This document shows, in pieces, positions 31,949 through 41,784 of a stretch of DNA of 64,000 nt. A model generated the notes under the pieces. It did not search any database. It worked only from the letters and a program-made list of their open reading frames with translations, and was not told where the DNA came from. Location: assembly GCA_965198115.1 (NCBI GenBank), contig OZ240241.1, forward strand, positions 6,112,001-6,176,000, in the 5' to 3' direction. The position numbers and the translations under genes are program-made. Each line of letters opens with the position of its first letter. The first letter of the stretch is position 1. The stretch is from Candidatus Latescibacterota bacterium (GTDB taxonomy: Bacteria; Latescibacterota; UBA2968).

Positions 31949-33652
31949 CTACTCATCCGTCACGCACCCCTCGCTCGCTGTCTTCACGTTCTTGATGTAC
32001 TTGTAAAGCGTCCCACGCTCAGCTTTGTAAGCAGGTTTGCTCCACTTCGCCCGACGTGTCTCCCACTCGGCGTCATCGATGCCCACGTTGATTTCTCCAT
32101 TCTCGGAATCGATCGACACCGGATCGCCCGTCTCGACGAGCGCAATCGGCCCGCCCTCGATCGCCTCCGGCACAACGTGCCCGATCAGGAATCCGTGCGA
32201 ACCTCCGCTGAAGCGGCCATCCGTAATCAGGGCGACATCCTTGACCAGTCCAGCGCCCGCAAGAGCCGACGTCGGTGTCAGCATCTCAGGCATCCCGGGC
32301 CCGCCCTTCGGCCCCTCGTAGCGAATGATGATCACGTCGCCCTTCTCGATCTTCTTCTGCTCCAGCGCGGCGAGCATATCCTCCTCGCTGTCGAACACGT
32401 TCGCCCGACCGCTGAACTCCTCGCCTTCCTTCCCCGTGATCTTCCCCACCGCACCCTCCGGCGCCAGGTTTCCGCGTAGAATTTGCAGGTGCCCGGTTTT
32501 CTTGATCGGCTTGTCGAAGGAGTAGACGATGTCCTGCTCGTCCTCGGCCGACCCGAACGGTGCGATCGTCTTCACATCCGCCAGATTCTCCGCAATCGTC
32601 TTTCCCGTCACTGTCAGCTGTTCCCCGTCGATCAGGTTCGCATCCAACAGCATTTTCATCAAGCCCGGAGTCCCACCGATCTCGTGCAACTCCTCCATCA
32701 CATATTTGCCCGACGGCTTCAGATCGCACAGCAGAGGCGTCTCGTTCGACACCTTTTGGAAATCATCGATCTCGAGCTCGACCCCGAAGGCTCTGGAGAT
32801 TGCGAGCATATGCAGAACCGCGTTCGTCGACCCACCCGTCACCATCACGAGTCGCATTGCATTCAGGAACGATTGCCGCGTAATGATGTCCCGGGGCTTC
32901 AGATCTTGTTCGAGCAGATTCCAGATCGCAGCCCCCGCTCGAAAACACTCGTTCAGCTTTCCCTTGTCCTCCGCCGGAGTACACGACGAGTAGGGGAGTG
33001 TCAACCCCATACACTCGATCGCGCTCGCCATCGTGTTGGCCGTATACATCCCCCCACACGCCCCGGCACCCGGACAGGCGTGCTCCACGATGTCCAGCCG
33101 CTCGTCGTCCGTGATCGCGTCCGTCAGAAACTCACCATAGCTCTGGAATGCCGACACGATGTCGAGCTTCCGATCTTCCCCTTGAATCTGCGTGCACCCG
33201 GGCTTGATCGTCCCACCGTAAACCATCATCGCAGGCCGGTTGAGCCGACCCATCGCCATCACCACACCCGGCATATTCTTGTCGCACCCCGGCAGAGCGA
33301 TCAGCGCATCGTACCACTGCGCACCCATCACCGTCTCGATCGAATCCGCGATCAGGTCGCGACTCTGGAGGCTGTAGGACATCCCATCCGTCCCCATCGA
33401 AATGCCATCCGAGACGCCGATCGTGTTAAAACGCATGCTCACGCAGCCGGCGTCGATCACACCCTTACGCACTTCCGCGGCCAGATCGTTCAGATGCATG
33501 TTGCACGAATTACCCTCATACCACATCGACGCGATACCCACCTGGGGCTTCGTCATATCCTCGCGCGACAGACCCGTCGCGTGGAGCATTGCCTGCGACG
33601 CCCCCTGCGACTTTCGCTGGGTAATCGTCTGACTATATGTATTCAATGCCAT
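31949..33652 (-). CDS. ilvD: Dihydroxy-acid dehydratase
   Basis: [63 protein letters not shown]. Confidence 0.97.
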   Translation of the reverse strand: MALNTYSQTITQRKSQGASQAMLHATGLSREDMTKPQVGIASMWYEGNSCNMHLNDLAAEVRKGVIDAGCVSMRFNTIGVSDGISMGTDGMSYSLQSRDLIADSIETVMGAQWYDALIALPGCDKNMPGVVMAMGRLNRPAMMVYGGTIKPGCTQIQGEDRKLDIVSAFQSYGEFLTDAITDDERLDIVEHACPGAGACGGMYTANTMASAIECMGLTLPYSSCTPAEDKGKLNECFRAGAAIWNLLEQDLKPRDIITRQSFLNAMRLVMVTGGSTNAVLHMLAISRAFGVELEIDDFQKVSNETPLLCDLKPSGKYVMEELHEIGGTPGLMKMLLDANLIDGEQLTVTGKTIAENLADVKTIAPFGSAEDEQDIVYSFDKPIKKTGHLQILRGNLAPEGAVGKITGKEGEEFSGRANVFDSEEDMLAALEQKKIEKGDVIIIRYEGPKGGPGMPEMLTPTSALAGAGLVKDVALITDGRFSGGSHGFLIGHVVPEAIEGGPIALVETGDPVSIDSENGEINVGIDDAEWETRRAKWSKPAYKAERGTLYKYIKNVKTASEGCVTDE

Positions 33653-33866
33653 ATCGCCCTCTGCTTCCCTCATCTATTGTATACCACGGGTTTTGCTATC
33701 TTATTCTGGCGCCCTAATTTACACGCGCGATCGATACCGATCAACCATAGGGCTTTCCATTGTCGCTCCGGGTGAGCCTTCACTGCGCGAGACCCTGGAC
33801 CCATTCGCTTCGTCGAGATAAGTAGACCCCGGCCAAAAAGCACACCGGGGTGCCAAGTCGCCGTAA

Positions 33867-34430
33867 ATGGTTCTTCCTATGTGCCCGCCCACCGCCGACT
33901 GCCGACCGCTAACAGGTTCGTTGCCTGATCTCCTCAAGCCTGGTCTCGACCTCGTCTTCGTCGGTCTGAACCCGAGTCTCAAATCCGCGCAACTCGGACA
34001 TTACTACGCCGGACCCGGCAACCAGTTCTGGCCCTTCCTGTTCGAAGTCGGCTTCACCGATCGCCTACTGACGCCTCAGGAGGACGCATCACTCCTAGGA
34101 TACGGTATCGGTCTGACCGACGTCGTCAAACGCCCGACCCGAGGGGTCAACGATCTCTCCAGCAAAGAATTCGCGCCCGGATTCGCGGGCCTAAAACAGA
34201 AACTGGCCACCTATAGACCGAGAATGGTGGCCTTCAACGGTAAGACTGGCTACCAGACCGCCCTCGGGGTCCGCATCGACTACGGCCTTCAGTCAGACGT
34301 GCTCGAAGGCATTCCGGTTTTCGTCTGCCCGTCCACGAGCGGCGCGCTACCCATTCCTCGAAAGGAAAAACTCGATTACTTCCGCGAGGTCCACCGCCTG
34401 AGTCTTCCGAGTGATCGGAGAGGAGGGTGA
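33867..34430 (+). CDS. mug: Mismatch-specific uracil/thymine DNA glycosylase (UDG family 2)
   Basis: VFVGLNPS, HYYAGPGNQFW, GIGLTDVVKRPT, CPSTSG. True start may be TTG 33921. Confidence 0.9.
   Translation: MVLPMCPPTADCRPLTGSLPDLLKPGLDLVFVGLNPSLKSAQLGHYYAGPGNQFWPFLFEVGFTDRLLTPQEDASLLGYGIGLTDVVKRPTRGVNDLSSKEFAPGFAGLKQKLATYRPRMVAFNGKTGYQTALGVRIDYGLQSDVLEGIPVFVCPSTSGALPIPRKEKLDYFREVHRLSLPSDRRGG
33885..33912 (+). repeat. Heptamer tandem repeat (CCGCCSA-like x4); a related x3 copy lies at 31924-31944
   Basis: ccgccca ccgccga ctgccga ccgctaa; cagccca ccgccga ccgccca. Confidence 0.55.
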
Positions 34431-34509
34431 TCGATCGGATCTTGGTCCCTGTCATCGGCCTGGCGCTGTCGGTCGTCTTCCTCTACGCCCTCATCAGGAG
34501 GAGTTCACC

Positions 34510-35979
34510 TTGAACGAATACACAAAGGCGGAATCATTCTCCGACCTTGCTTGTCTCTGCTATTCACGCGATGAAGATGTTCGACGGCGTGAGCGGGCCA
34601 TCCAACTCCTCGAAGACGATCCCGGTCTGACATCGAACGACGTCTACGCTGCGAGCGCCGCGTGCGACGTCGAAGCCGTCCGTCGGCTGATCGACAGGGA
34701 CCCCGGCTGTGTCAACCGGCCGGGCGGACCCCGCGACTGGCCCCCGCTGATGTATCTGGCCTACAGTCGCGCATATGAGGTTCCACCGGCCCGAGACGCG
34801 GTGGCCGTCGCCCGGTTGTTGCTCGACTCAGGCGCTGACCCGCGGTTCTACATCGCTGGCGCCTCGAACCTCGGCGGATGGCGGTGGACGGCACTCACGG
34901 GCGTCATCGGTGAGGGCGAAGGCGGTGTCGTTCAGGAGCCCCCTCATCCAAGAGCACGTGAGCTCGCCGAAATGCTCCTGGAGGCTGGCGCAGACCCGAA
35001 CGAAGGCCAGGGCCTCTATAACAGTATGTTTACGCCGGGTAACGAGTGGCTGGAACTGTTGTTGTCACACGGTCTGACGAAAGAGGCGATTGCCGACCGT
35101 GACGGGGATTCCCCTGTCACGACCCTGAACTACCAATTGTCGTTCGCCGTCAAGTCAGGTTTCGTCGAAAGGGTCTCGCTGCTTCTTCAGCACGGGGCCG
35201 ATGCCCGTGGCAAGGACAACTGGTACCAGGAAGGCTCCCATCTCGAACAGGCCATACAGAATGGCTTCGGTGCCATCGTCGACCTGCTCGTCGCACACGG
35301 CGCGCCCGAACCCGACCTGTCGACTTCCGACCGATATCGCATCGCCGTGATGTCCGGAAATGAGACCGAAGCGAGACACCTTCTCGCCGGAGAGCCAGAA
35401 CTGAGGAACCAGGCGAACCTCCTGGTGAATGCAGCCCATCAAGGGCGGGTCGATCCGGTTCGGCTGCTCCTTGAACTCGGCACCGATCCGAATGAACTGG
35501 CCGAAAGTGGCCGCGGTGCGCTGCACGAAGCCGCGTGGGCCGGTCACGAAGAAGTCGTGCGGCTGCTATTGGCCAAGGGTGCCAACTGTGAGGTGCGAGA
35601 TAGCCACCACGACGGAACGGCCGTCGGGTGGGCAAACCACGCGGGTCGGTTCGATATGCGCGATCTACTGCTCGATCGCTCCCGCGACGTGTTCGACCTC
35701 GTCAGGTTCGGCAAAATAACCCGACTTAAAGCCATCCTCGATGCGGAACCGGCCCTGGCTACGATCAGCCGACCGAACGGCCAGACGCTCCTTCATACCG
35801 TGACCGCCAACGAGGCCGGTGCTCTCATCGACCTCCTTCTCGCCCACGGCGCGGACATCGACGCAAAAACCGATGACGGAGCGACACCGTTGTCTTCGTC
35901 CCTCGATCGTAAAGATGACGTAGTTGTCGCGCTATTGAAAGAACGTGGCGCCAAGAGATCGGACTCGCAGGCAAATTGA
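34510..35979 (+). CDS. Ankyrin-repeat protein
   Basis: Repeats such as PPLMYLA...LLLDSGADP, GALHEAAWAGHEEVVRLLLAKGA, LLLAHGADIDAKTDDGATPL. AGGAGGAG RBS before TTG 34510. Confidence 0.9.
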   Translation: MNEYTKAESFSDLACLCYSRDEDVRRRERAIQLLEDDPGLTSNDVYAASAACDVEAVRRLIDRDPGCVNRPGGPRDWPPLMYLAYSRAYEVPPARDAVAVARLLLDSGADPRFYIAGASNLGGWRWTALTGVIGEGEGGVVQEPPHPRARELAEMLLEAGADPNEGQGLYNSMFTPGNEWLELLLSHGLTKEAIADRDGDSPVTTLNYQLSFAVKSGFVERVSLLLQHGADARGKDNWYQEGSHLEQAIQNGFGAIVDLLVAHGAPEPDLSTSDRYRIAVMSGNETEARHLLAGEPELRNQANLLVNAAHQGRVDPVRLLLELGTDPNELAESGRGALHEAAWAGHEEVVRLLLAKGANCEVRDSHHDGTAVGWANHAGRFDMRDLLLDRSRDVFDLVRFGKITRLKAILDAEPALATISRPNGQTLLHTVTANEAGALIDLLLAHGADIDAKTDDGATPLSSSLDRKDDVVVALLKERGAKRSDSQAN

Positions 35980-35988
35980 AGGTCACGG

Positions 35989-37122
35989 ATGGACCTCACA
36001 ACCCACATCAACCAGAATCTCACGGACACGGCCTGTCTGAACTGTCGCAGCCCCGTGACCCTCACGCCTTCCCCTGGCCTTCTCACGTGTCCGGCCTGTC
36101 AGCACACGTATCCGGTATTCGATCACATCCCCATCCTGCTCCAGGACCCGGAATCGAGCCTGGCCGCTGCTCACGGGCAGCATCGGGCACTGGCCGAATC
36201 GAACGAGAAAATGATCGAAGACATCCGCGATGCCCTCGGTCGCCAGCCGAATCGCTCCGATTTGCTCGACCTGGCCATCCGCGGCTACGAATCGAACAAC
36301 AGGTATCTTCGCGAACTCCAGACAGCGATCGAGCGTCATTTGCCCCCGGCCGAAATCGACGAAATACGCGAGAACGACCGGATGCCGCGCCAATACGACC
36401 TCGACGAGGGAATCGTCTTCTTCCACAGAGACTGGTGCTGGTCCGAACGTGCCGAAGCGGAAATCGGCAAAATCGTCAACACGATTCAGGATCTGATCGG
36501 GGACTATGCGGAAGACGTCGATCGCGTGCTCGTGCCGGGCGCGGGAGCGGGTCGGTTTGCGTGTGAGTTGGCGGCCACCTATGACAGCTGTTTTGCGTTC
36601 GATTACTGCATACATATGGCTCAGATCTTCTACGATCTCCTGGCTCGGGATGTCACCCTTTACAAGATCAACCTCCGTAGCAACGTCGTGAAGACCCAGG
36701 ATATCGTCGTCGAGGATTCCCTCTCTCTCGATGCGCCTGGCGACAATCGCATTCGGTCACAGTTGAAAAACGGCACCCTGTCCTACTTCATCACGAATGC
36801 ACTCGATCTCCCGGTCTCCGGCAGCAACCTTTCCGCCATCGTCTGCGTCTACTTCATCGACATCGTCCCCATCAAAACCCACCTGAACGAAATCCAACGC
36901 ACGCTCAAACCCGGTGGGCTCTTCATCAACATCGGACCGCTTCGCTACATGAAGGGTGACGTGGCCAACATGTTGTCCGGCGAGGAAATCATGACCCTGT
37001 TCCGGGAATCTGGCTTCGACATCCTCGCGGACGGCACGGTCACGAACACCCAATTGACGAGTTCACCGGTCATCACATCGGTCCTCAGCCACAACTTCAT
37101 GTTCGTGGCGCGCAAACGATAG
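35989..37122 (+). CDS. Trm112-like zinc ribbon + N2227 (carnosine N-methyltransferase-like) SAM-dependent methyltransferase
   Basis: CLNC...CPAC..YPVFDHIPILL; RDW; RVLVPGAGAGRFACEL; YFID; LKPGGLFINIGPL; FVARK. Confidence 0.8.
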   Translation: MDLTTHINQNLTDTACLNCRSPVTLTPSPGLLTCPACQHTYPVFDHIPILLQDPESSLAAAHGQHRALAESNEKMIEDIRDALGRQPNRSDLLDLAIRGYESNNRYLRELQTAIERHLPPAEIDEIRENDRMPRQYDLDEGIVFFHRDWCWSERAEAEIGKIVNTIQDLIGDYAEDVDRVLVPGAGAGRFACELAATYDSCFAFDYCIHMAQIFYDLLARDVTLYKINLRSNVVKTQDIVVEDSLSLDAPGDNRIRSQLKNGTLSYFITNALDLPVSGSNLSAIVCVYFIDIVPIKTHLNEIQRTLKPGGLFINIGPLRYMKGDVANMLSGEEIMTLFRESGFDILADGTVTNTQLTSSPVITSVLSHNFMFVARKR

Positions 37123-37179
37123 CGGGTTCAGACTTCCCCGGAGTCACCGATCGCACCTTCCTACGATTGCACGCGTCCG

Positions 37180-37743
37180 ATCCAGATCGACGAGCATCTC
37201 CGAATCCGACCCTACACTCACGAGGATACCGAAAGCCTCTACCCCAGGCTTCTCGCAGAGCAACAGGATCTTTTCATGATCGGGTCGATCGACGGCATGC
37301 GGTCGATCCACGATCTGGACCGAGAGATCGGACGTGTCAGGGGTCTCCTCGAGAACGGCGAGCGGTTGGGCGGTGCGATCGAATGGCGAGGACGTATTGT
37401 CGGCTCGGCCAAGATTTCACACATCACACAGCGTGAAGAAGGCGACCTCGGATACTGGCTCTTCAAGGAGGCCCGTGGACAGGGACTAGTCACACGGTGC
37501 GGGCGCGCATTGATCGACGCCGCCTTTCACCATCTCGATCTGAAAGCCGTCACGATTTTCGCGGCCGTCAAGAATCATAGCAGCTGCGCCGTAGCCGAAC
37601 GACTCGGTATGACCCTTGAAGAAATCAGACCGCAGTCTCTTCTTCGTGGAGGACGTAAGTACGACGGAGCCCACTACCGTGTCACCCGGGACGACTGGTC
37701 ACATCCATATGATCAAAAAGAAGAAGGGCGCTTCTCGGCCTGA
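37180..37743 (+). CDS. RimJ/RimL-type GNAT N-acetyltransferase; start unresolved
   Basis: GDLGYWL..EARGQGLVT, NHSSCAVAERLGM. The domain begins (IQIDEHLRIRPY) upstream of the first in-frame ATG at 37276. Confidence 0.8.
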   Translation: MQIDEHLRIRPYTHEDTESLYPRLLAEQQDLFMIGSIDGMRSIHDLDREIGRVRGLLENGERLGGAIEWRGRIVGSAKISHITQREEGDLGYWLFKEARGQGLVTRCGRALIDAAFHHLDLKAVTIFAAVKNHSSCAVAERLGMTLEEIRPQSLLRGGRKYDGAHYRVTRDDWSHPYDQKEEGRFSA

Positions 37744-37784
37744 GAAACACCCCATTTGCAACTTCCATTTTGCCCGCTTGAGAC

Positions 37785-38768
37785 CTACTCGACGATTCTC
37801 TGATCGAACGAAAACACATTCGGACTTCGGGGATCCACGAACACCTCGATCCAATGCACGTCAGACGACCCGAACGTCTCTACGCGCGTGAAATTCGTCA
37901 AACGTTCATTCGTCACCGGATGTTTCAGCGGTTTATCGATGATGAAATAGTGGGAATCCCCGCGTGCCAGGATCACGGGCCGTCCGAACGCCACCGTCTC
38001 CTCGATCAGGGCGGTAATGAACGTGCTAAAGGCAGCCGGCACCTCGTCGGCTGTTTCCATCCGCGGGTTTCCGTGAATCGTGATGAAAAGACCACGCGCG
38101 GATTCCGTCGTCGCCTCTCGAAAGGCATTTCTGAGCCATTCGATCCCAGCCAGTGTCCGGCGCTCTACCTCCTCGTCATTCGCCGTCGTCCGTCCCTCGA
38201 ATGCGGCTGTCGCGTTGAGGCTGCCGACGATGTGAATCGTCACGAAATGCGCCCCGCCTCGCGTCCAACGAACGTTCTCCGGGAATTCGCGCCAGGCCTC
38301 TGTCGCGGTCTCGGCCTGGGACTCGACATCCATTCGCCGCTGACCGAGCGTCCGTCCCACGATCGGGTAGAATAGCGATCGCAGCTTTGCCAAACGCTCC
38401 AGAGGATCGAACCCGCCTGCCGACGCTGTGTGGCAGTCCGTCCATTCATTATCGCCCGGCGTAAGGATCAACGGATCCTCGAAACGGTTCAAAATGGCGA
38501 GCCTTCCTTCGAGAATACCATCAGAACACGACTGGGCACCCTTTTTGATATCGCCGGCGTGAATCACCCACTCCACGTCCTCGTCGGCGTTGACCTGGCC
38601 GATGAGTGCTTCGTATCTCAAACTGTCCTCGCTGGCGTAAGGTCCATCACCGATCAGCGCGAACGAATAGGTCTCGGACGCACGAGTGCATCGACCCGCG
38701 AGCAACAGCACTCCAGCCACTACGATCAATCTCATCCTCATGCCAGACCTCAGTATCGAAAGCCTCAT
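37785..38768 (-). CDS. Exported calcineurin-like metallophosphoesterase
   Basis: LIGDGPY, HAGDIK, TPGDNEWTDCH, GDSH; signal peptide. Start may be ATG 38735 or 38741. Confidence 0.85.
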   Translation of the reverse strand: MRLSILRSGMRMRLIVVAGVLLLAGRCTRASETYSFALIGDGPYASEDSLRYEALIGQVNADEDVEWVIHAGDIKKGAQSCSDGILEGRLAILNRFEDPLILTPGDNEWTDCHTASAGGFDPLERLAKLRSLFYPIVGRTLGQRRMDVESQAETATEAWREFPENVRWTRGGAHFVTIHIVGSLNATAAFEGRTTANDEEVERRTLAGIEWLRNAFREATTESARGLFITIHGNPRMETADEVPAAFSTFITALIEETVAFGRPVILARGDSHYFIIDKPLKHPVTNERLTNFTRVETFGSSDVHWIEVFVDPRSPNVFSFDQRIVE

Positions 38769-38876
38769 GCTCGGTCGAATGCGAGAAGATTAGCGATCCC
38801 TCGATGGAACGTCAAAGAAATTGGGCGCCTCGATGGCGAGAGGCGCCCAATTCTATGTTCCTCTGACGTCTACCGC

Positions 38877-39575
38877 CTAGTCGGTGGTGTCTGCCCCCAC
38901 AGCCTCGACGACGTCCTCATCTGGCAGGGCTGGTCCCGCGGCCTCCGGCTCATCCTCACCCATCACGGTCAGCGTGTCTCCCAGAATCTTCGCGACTCCC
39001 TCGACCCCAACGTTGGACAGATCCAGAGCAGCGCTGTCGGCAGCGGTCGTGTCGGGCTTCGGCTTCTCTCCCCAATACGACGCGCGCGGGTAGAGCAAGT
39101 GGATCACGCTCTGGTTCGTCAGAAACACCTCTTCCTCGTCTTTCGTGCGAACGTAGTTGTGTGACCAGTCCCTCGATGACCGGCCGAATACCGCATAGGC
39201 CATCTCGCTCCCGTTGGTATCGAGCAACTTGATGTGGGTCCCGCTCGTATCATCGATCGAATATTTGGCCCAATTGTCGGGATTCCTGGAGATCATCGTC
39301 TCCTTCTTGACCTCCAGCACCCGTTCGAAGAAGGGATCCATCTTGTTCGGACGGATCTCGAGCGAGTCGTGTCCGGCCAGGGTCCAGTCCTCACCTTGCT
39401 TCTCAAGCGTCAGCGTATCGTCCTTCGTCCACAATTCAATCGTCTTGATGGTCTGCGTATTGGCCGGAAAAACCGCATCGGCCTGCGTACTGTAGCCACT
39501 CTGCTGCATTCGAGACACGAAAAACAGAACGATCAGGACGGCGAGTGCGATCAGGACGTACTTCAAGTTATCCAT
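38877..39575 (-). CDS. DUF4340-type protein (partner of GldG-like ABC systems)
   Basis: N-terminal TM helix, TLEKQGEDWTL, YVRTKDEEEVF; overlaps the gldG-like stop. Confidence 0.75.
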   Translation of the reverse strand: MDNLKYVLIALAVLIVLFFVSRMQQSGYSTQADAVFPANTQTIKTIELWTKDDTLTLEKQGEDWTLAGHDSLEIRPNKMDPFFERVLEVKKETMISRNPDNWAKYSIDDTSGTHIKLLDTNGSEMAYAVFGRSSRDWSHNYVRTKDEEEVFLTNQSVIHLLYPRASYWGEKPKPDTTAADSAALDLSNVGVEGVAKILGDTLTVMGEDEPEAAGPALPDEDVVEAVGADTTD

Positions 39576-41064
39576 AGAGCTCCTCCAATCGCCTCGTCCG
39601 ACTCCGTTCCGCCCGCCACTGAAGCAACCCGTATCCGAGGACCAGCAAGGCCGGCACTACGATATTGAGCGACTTCCACGTCGCCCGCGAGCCATCGTCG
39701 AGCGTCACCAGCGGGCGCGTCGTGATCTCCCGCGACCGAAGCGCGACCAGGTCGCGATCGCCGATCAGCACGTCGGCCGCGTTCATCGTAAAAATCACGT
39801 TCTCCGGCATTCGACCACCGGCCTCATCCAGCAAAAACGACGAATCGGACACGTAAACCAGTTGGCTCGTGGCTGTCTCCGTGGGCGACGTCGAATAGAC
39901 GGCGACGACCTTCGCGCCCTGGGTAAGTGTACTAAACGCTGGATTGTCGATCGGGGTCAGGTTGTAGAAACCCGCCATCGTCGACGATCGGCCCGACGTA
40001 TAGAACAGGGGCTCGACAGTCGACATCGAATCCGCCTCATCCCAGGTGATTTCGCTCGGAAAAATCGTATGGACCTGCTCCAGGCCCCTGACCATCACGT
40101 GATCTCCGAACGAACGAATCAAAGGAAAGAACGGATACGGAACGGCAGTGTTGATTCGAAAGAACCCCCGCTGCTGAGTCACGGTGATGTTGTTGCAACG
40201 CTCGTCCAGAACCAGGTTCTCTTCGACCGAGACGCCGTACTTGTCGAGTATGCCGAGCAAGTTCGTCGTAACCGGTGTTCCCCGCTGCGTGTTCAGACTT
40301 GCATCGATCCGGCTTTGTGTCAGGAAGAGATTGCCCCCTCGATCGACGTAGCTCTCGAGATGCTTGTATTCGTCCTCGGTCACCGAATCGGCCACACCAC
40401 TCACGAATAACAGCGTGACATTGGAGGCGACTTCCTCGTCGAGACTCACGTCCTGCACGTTGTAAGATTCGCCCAGCTGCGTCCGTATCGACTCGGTCGC
40501 GGGTTTCTGTTCACCGAAAGACACGAACCCGATGATCTGCTTCTTGTCGTCCACCATCTTCTTGATCTTGCTCGTGATCTCGTACTCGAGCCCTGTCGTT
40601 GTTTGGACCACGGGAATCGTCTCGCGCTGATCCTCATAGAGAAAAACAAGACCCATATAGACCCGCTTGATCTCGAGCTTGTCATTCTCGATCACCTGAA
40701 GCTGGACGGGCTGAATGCCATACGTCATCGCATCCTGCAATTCCTCATCATCATCCGGAGTATAAAATTCGAACCGCATATTCCCGTTCGAATAGGCGGC
40801 GTACTCTTCGAGGATATCCTGTAGAAAGCGCCGGTTGTTCCCGTATTGGCCCGGCAGATTGTCCGAGAAATAGACTTTGGCCGTGAGCAGATCATCCACT
40901 TTGTTCAACACCGCCTTGCTCGATGACGAAAGCGAGTAGACCTGGCCGCTCGTCAGATCCACACGGACGAACCAGTTCCTCGAAATGACGTTCAGCAGTG
41001 CGACCGCCGCAATCGACACACAGACGTAGATCCCGAAGGTTTTTCGACTCGTCACGTTAGCCAT
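39568..41064 (-). CDS. GldG-like ABC auxiliary component
   Basis: RVDLT...YSLS, DILEEY, LEYEIT, YVDRGGNLF, C-terminal TM helix. Confidence 0.85.
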   Translation of the reverse strand: MANVTSRKTFGIYVCVSIAAVALLNVISRNWFVRVDLTSGQVYSLSSSSKAVLNKVDDLLTAKVYFSDNLPGQYGNNRRFLQDILEEYAAYSNGNMRFEFYTPDDDEELQDAMTYGIQPVQLQVIENDKLEIKRVYMGLVFLYEDQRETIPVVQTTTGLEYEITSKIKKMVDDKKQIIGFVSFGEQKPATESIRTQLGESYNVQDVSLDEEVASNVTLLFVSGVADSVTEDEYKHLESYVDRGGNLFLTQSRIDASLNTQRGTPVTTNLLGILDKYGVSVEENLVLDERCNNITVTQQRGFFRINTAVPYPFFPLIRSFGDHVMVRGLEQVHTIFPSEITWDEADSMSTVEPLFYTSGRSSTMAGFYNLTPIDNPAFSTLTQGAKVVAVYSTSPTETATSQLVYVSDSSFLLDEAGGRMPENVIFTMNAADVLIGDRDLVALRSREITTRPLVTLDDGSRATWKSLNIVVPALLVLGYGLLQWRAERSRTRRLEELYG

Positions 41065-41070
41065 ACCCGA

Positions 41071-41784
41071 TCACCTCCACTTCCGAATTTCGACCGTTCG
41101 GACGGAAAGCGTCAGAAACAGCCAGATCATCGAACCGAAGTAGATCAGATTCCGCGAGTCGACCACGCCACGCGAGATGTTCGACAGATGATGATCCACC
41201 GCCAAATACTGCACGGCGGCCGCGAACGTCGACGGTACGAACATCAGCAGCTTGTCCAACAGATAGAAGATCAAAACACCAATCGCACCGATGATGAACG
41301 CGATCACCTGGTTGTCTGTCGTCGAGCTCGCGAACGTCCCGATCGCAGCGTAGAAGGCTCCCACGAGAAGAAGACCGACATAACCACCGAGATTGGCACC
41401 GATGTCGATGTTCGACCCGACCGCGAGCAGCGTCAGAAAGTGCACGAATGTGAAAGCCAACCCCGCTGCGATCAACGTCACCGCAGCCAGATACTTGCCC
41501 AACACGAACTCGTGATCCTTGATCGGCAGGGTTGCGATCAATTCCGCGGTACCGGTGCTGTTCTCGCGCGCGATCAGTCCCATCGTCACCACCGGGCAGA
41601 AAAACAGGTAGACGAGCGGCACGATGTTGAACAGTGCACGCATATCCGATTGGTTGATCAGGAAGAACGTATTGGAAAAGAAATAGCCGTTCAGTAGAAC
41701 GAACGAAACGAGAAAGATGTAAGCCATCGGACTCTTGAAGTAGCTGGTCACTTCCTTCGTGTAAATCGTTCGGATGTTATGCAC
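41071..41784 (-). CDS. GldF-like ABC-2 permease
   Basis: KEVTSYFKSPMAY, ENSTGTAELIATLP, VLGKYLA, TDNQVIAF, RGVVDSR. Confidence 0.88.
   Translation of the reverse strand: MHNIRTIYTKEVTSYFKSPMAYIFLVSFVLLNGYFFSNTFFLINQSDMRALFNIVPLVYLFFCPVVTMGLIARENSTGTAELIATLPIKDHEFVLGKYLAAVTLIAAGLAFTFVHFLTLLAVGSNIDIGANLGGYVGLLLVGAFYAAIGTFASSTTDNQVIAFIIGAIGVLIFYLLDKLLMFVPSTFAAAVQYLAVDHHLSNISRGVVDSRNLIYFGSMIWLFLTLSVRTVEIRKWR

Noticed and set aside
32483-33775. 430-aa plus-strand ORF
   Set aside because: Antisense shadow of ilvD; no recognisable domain.
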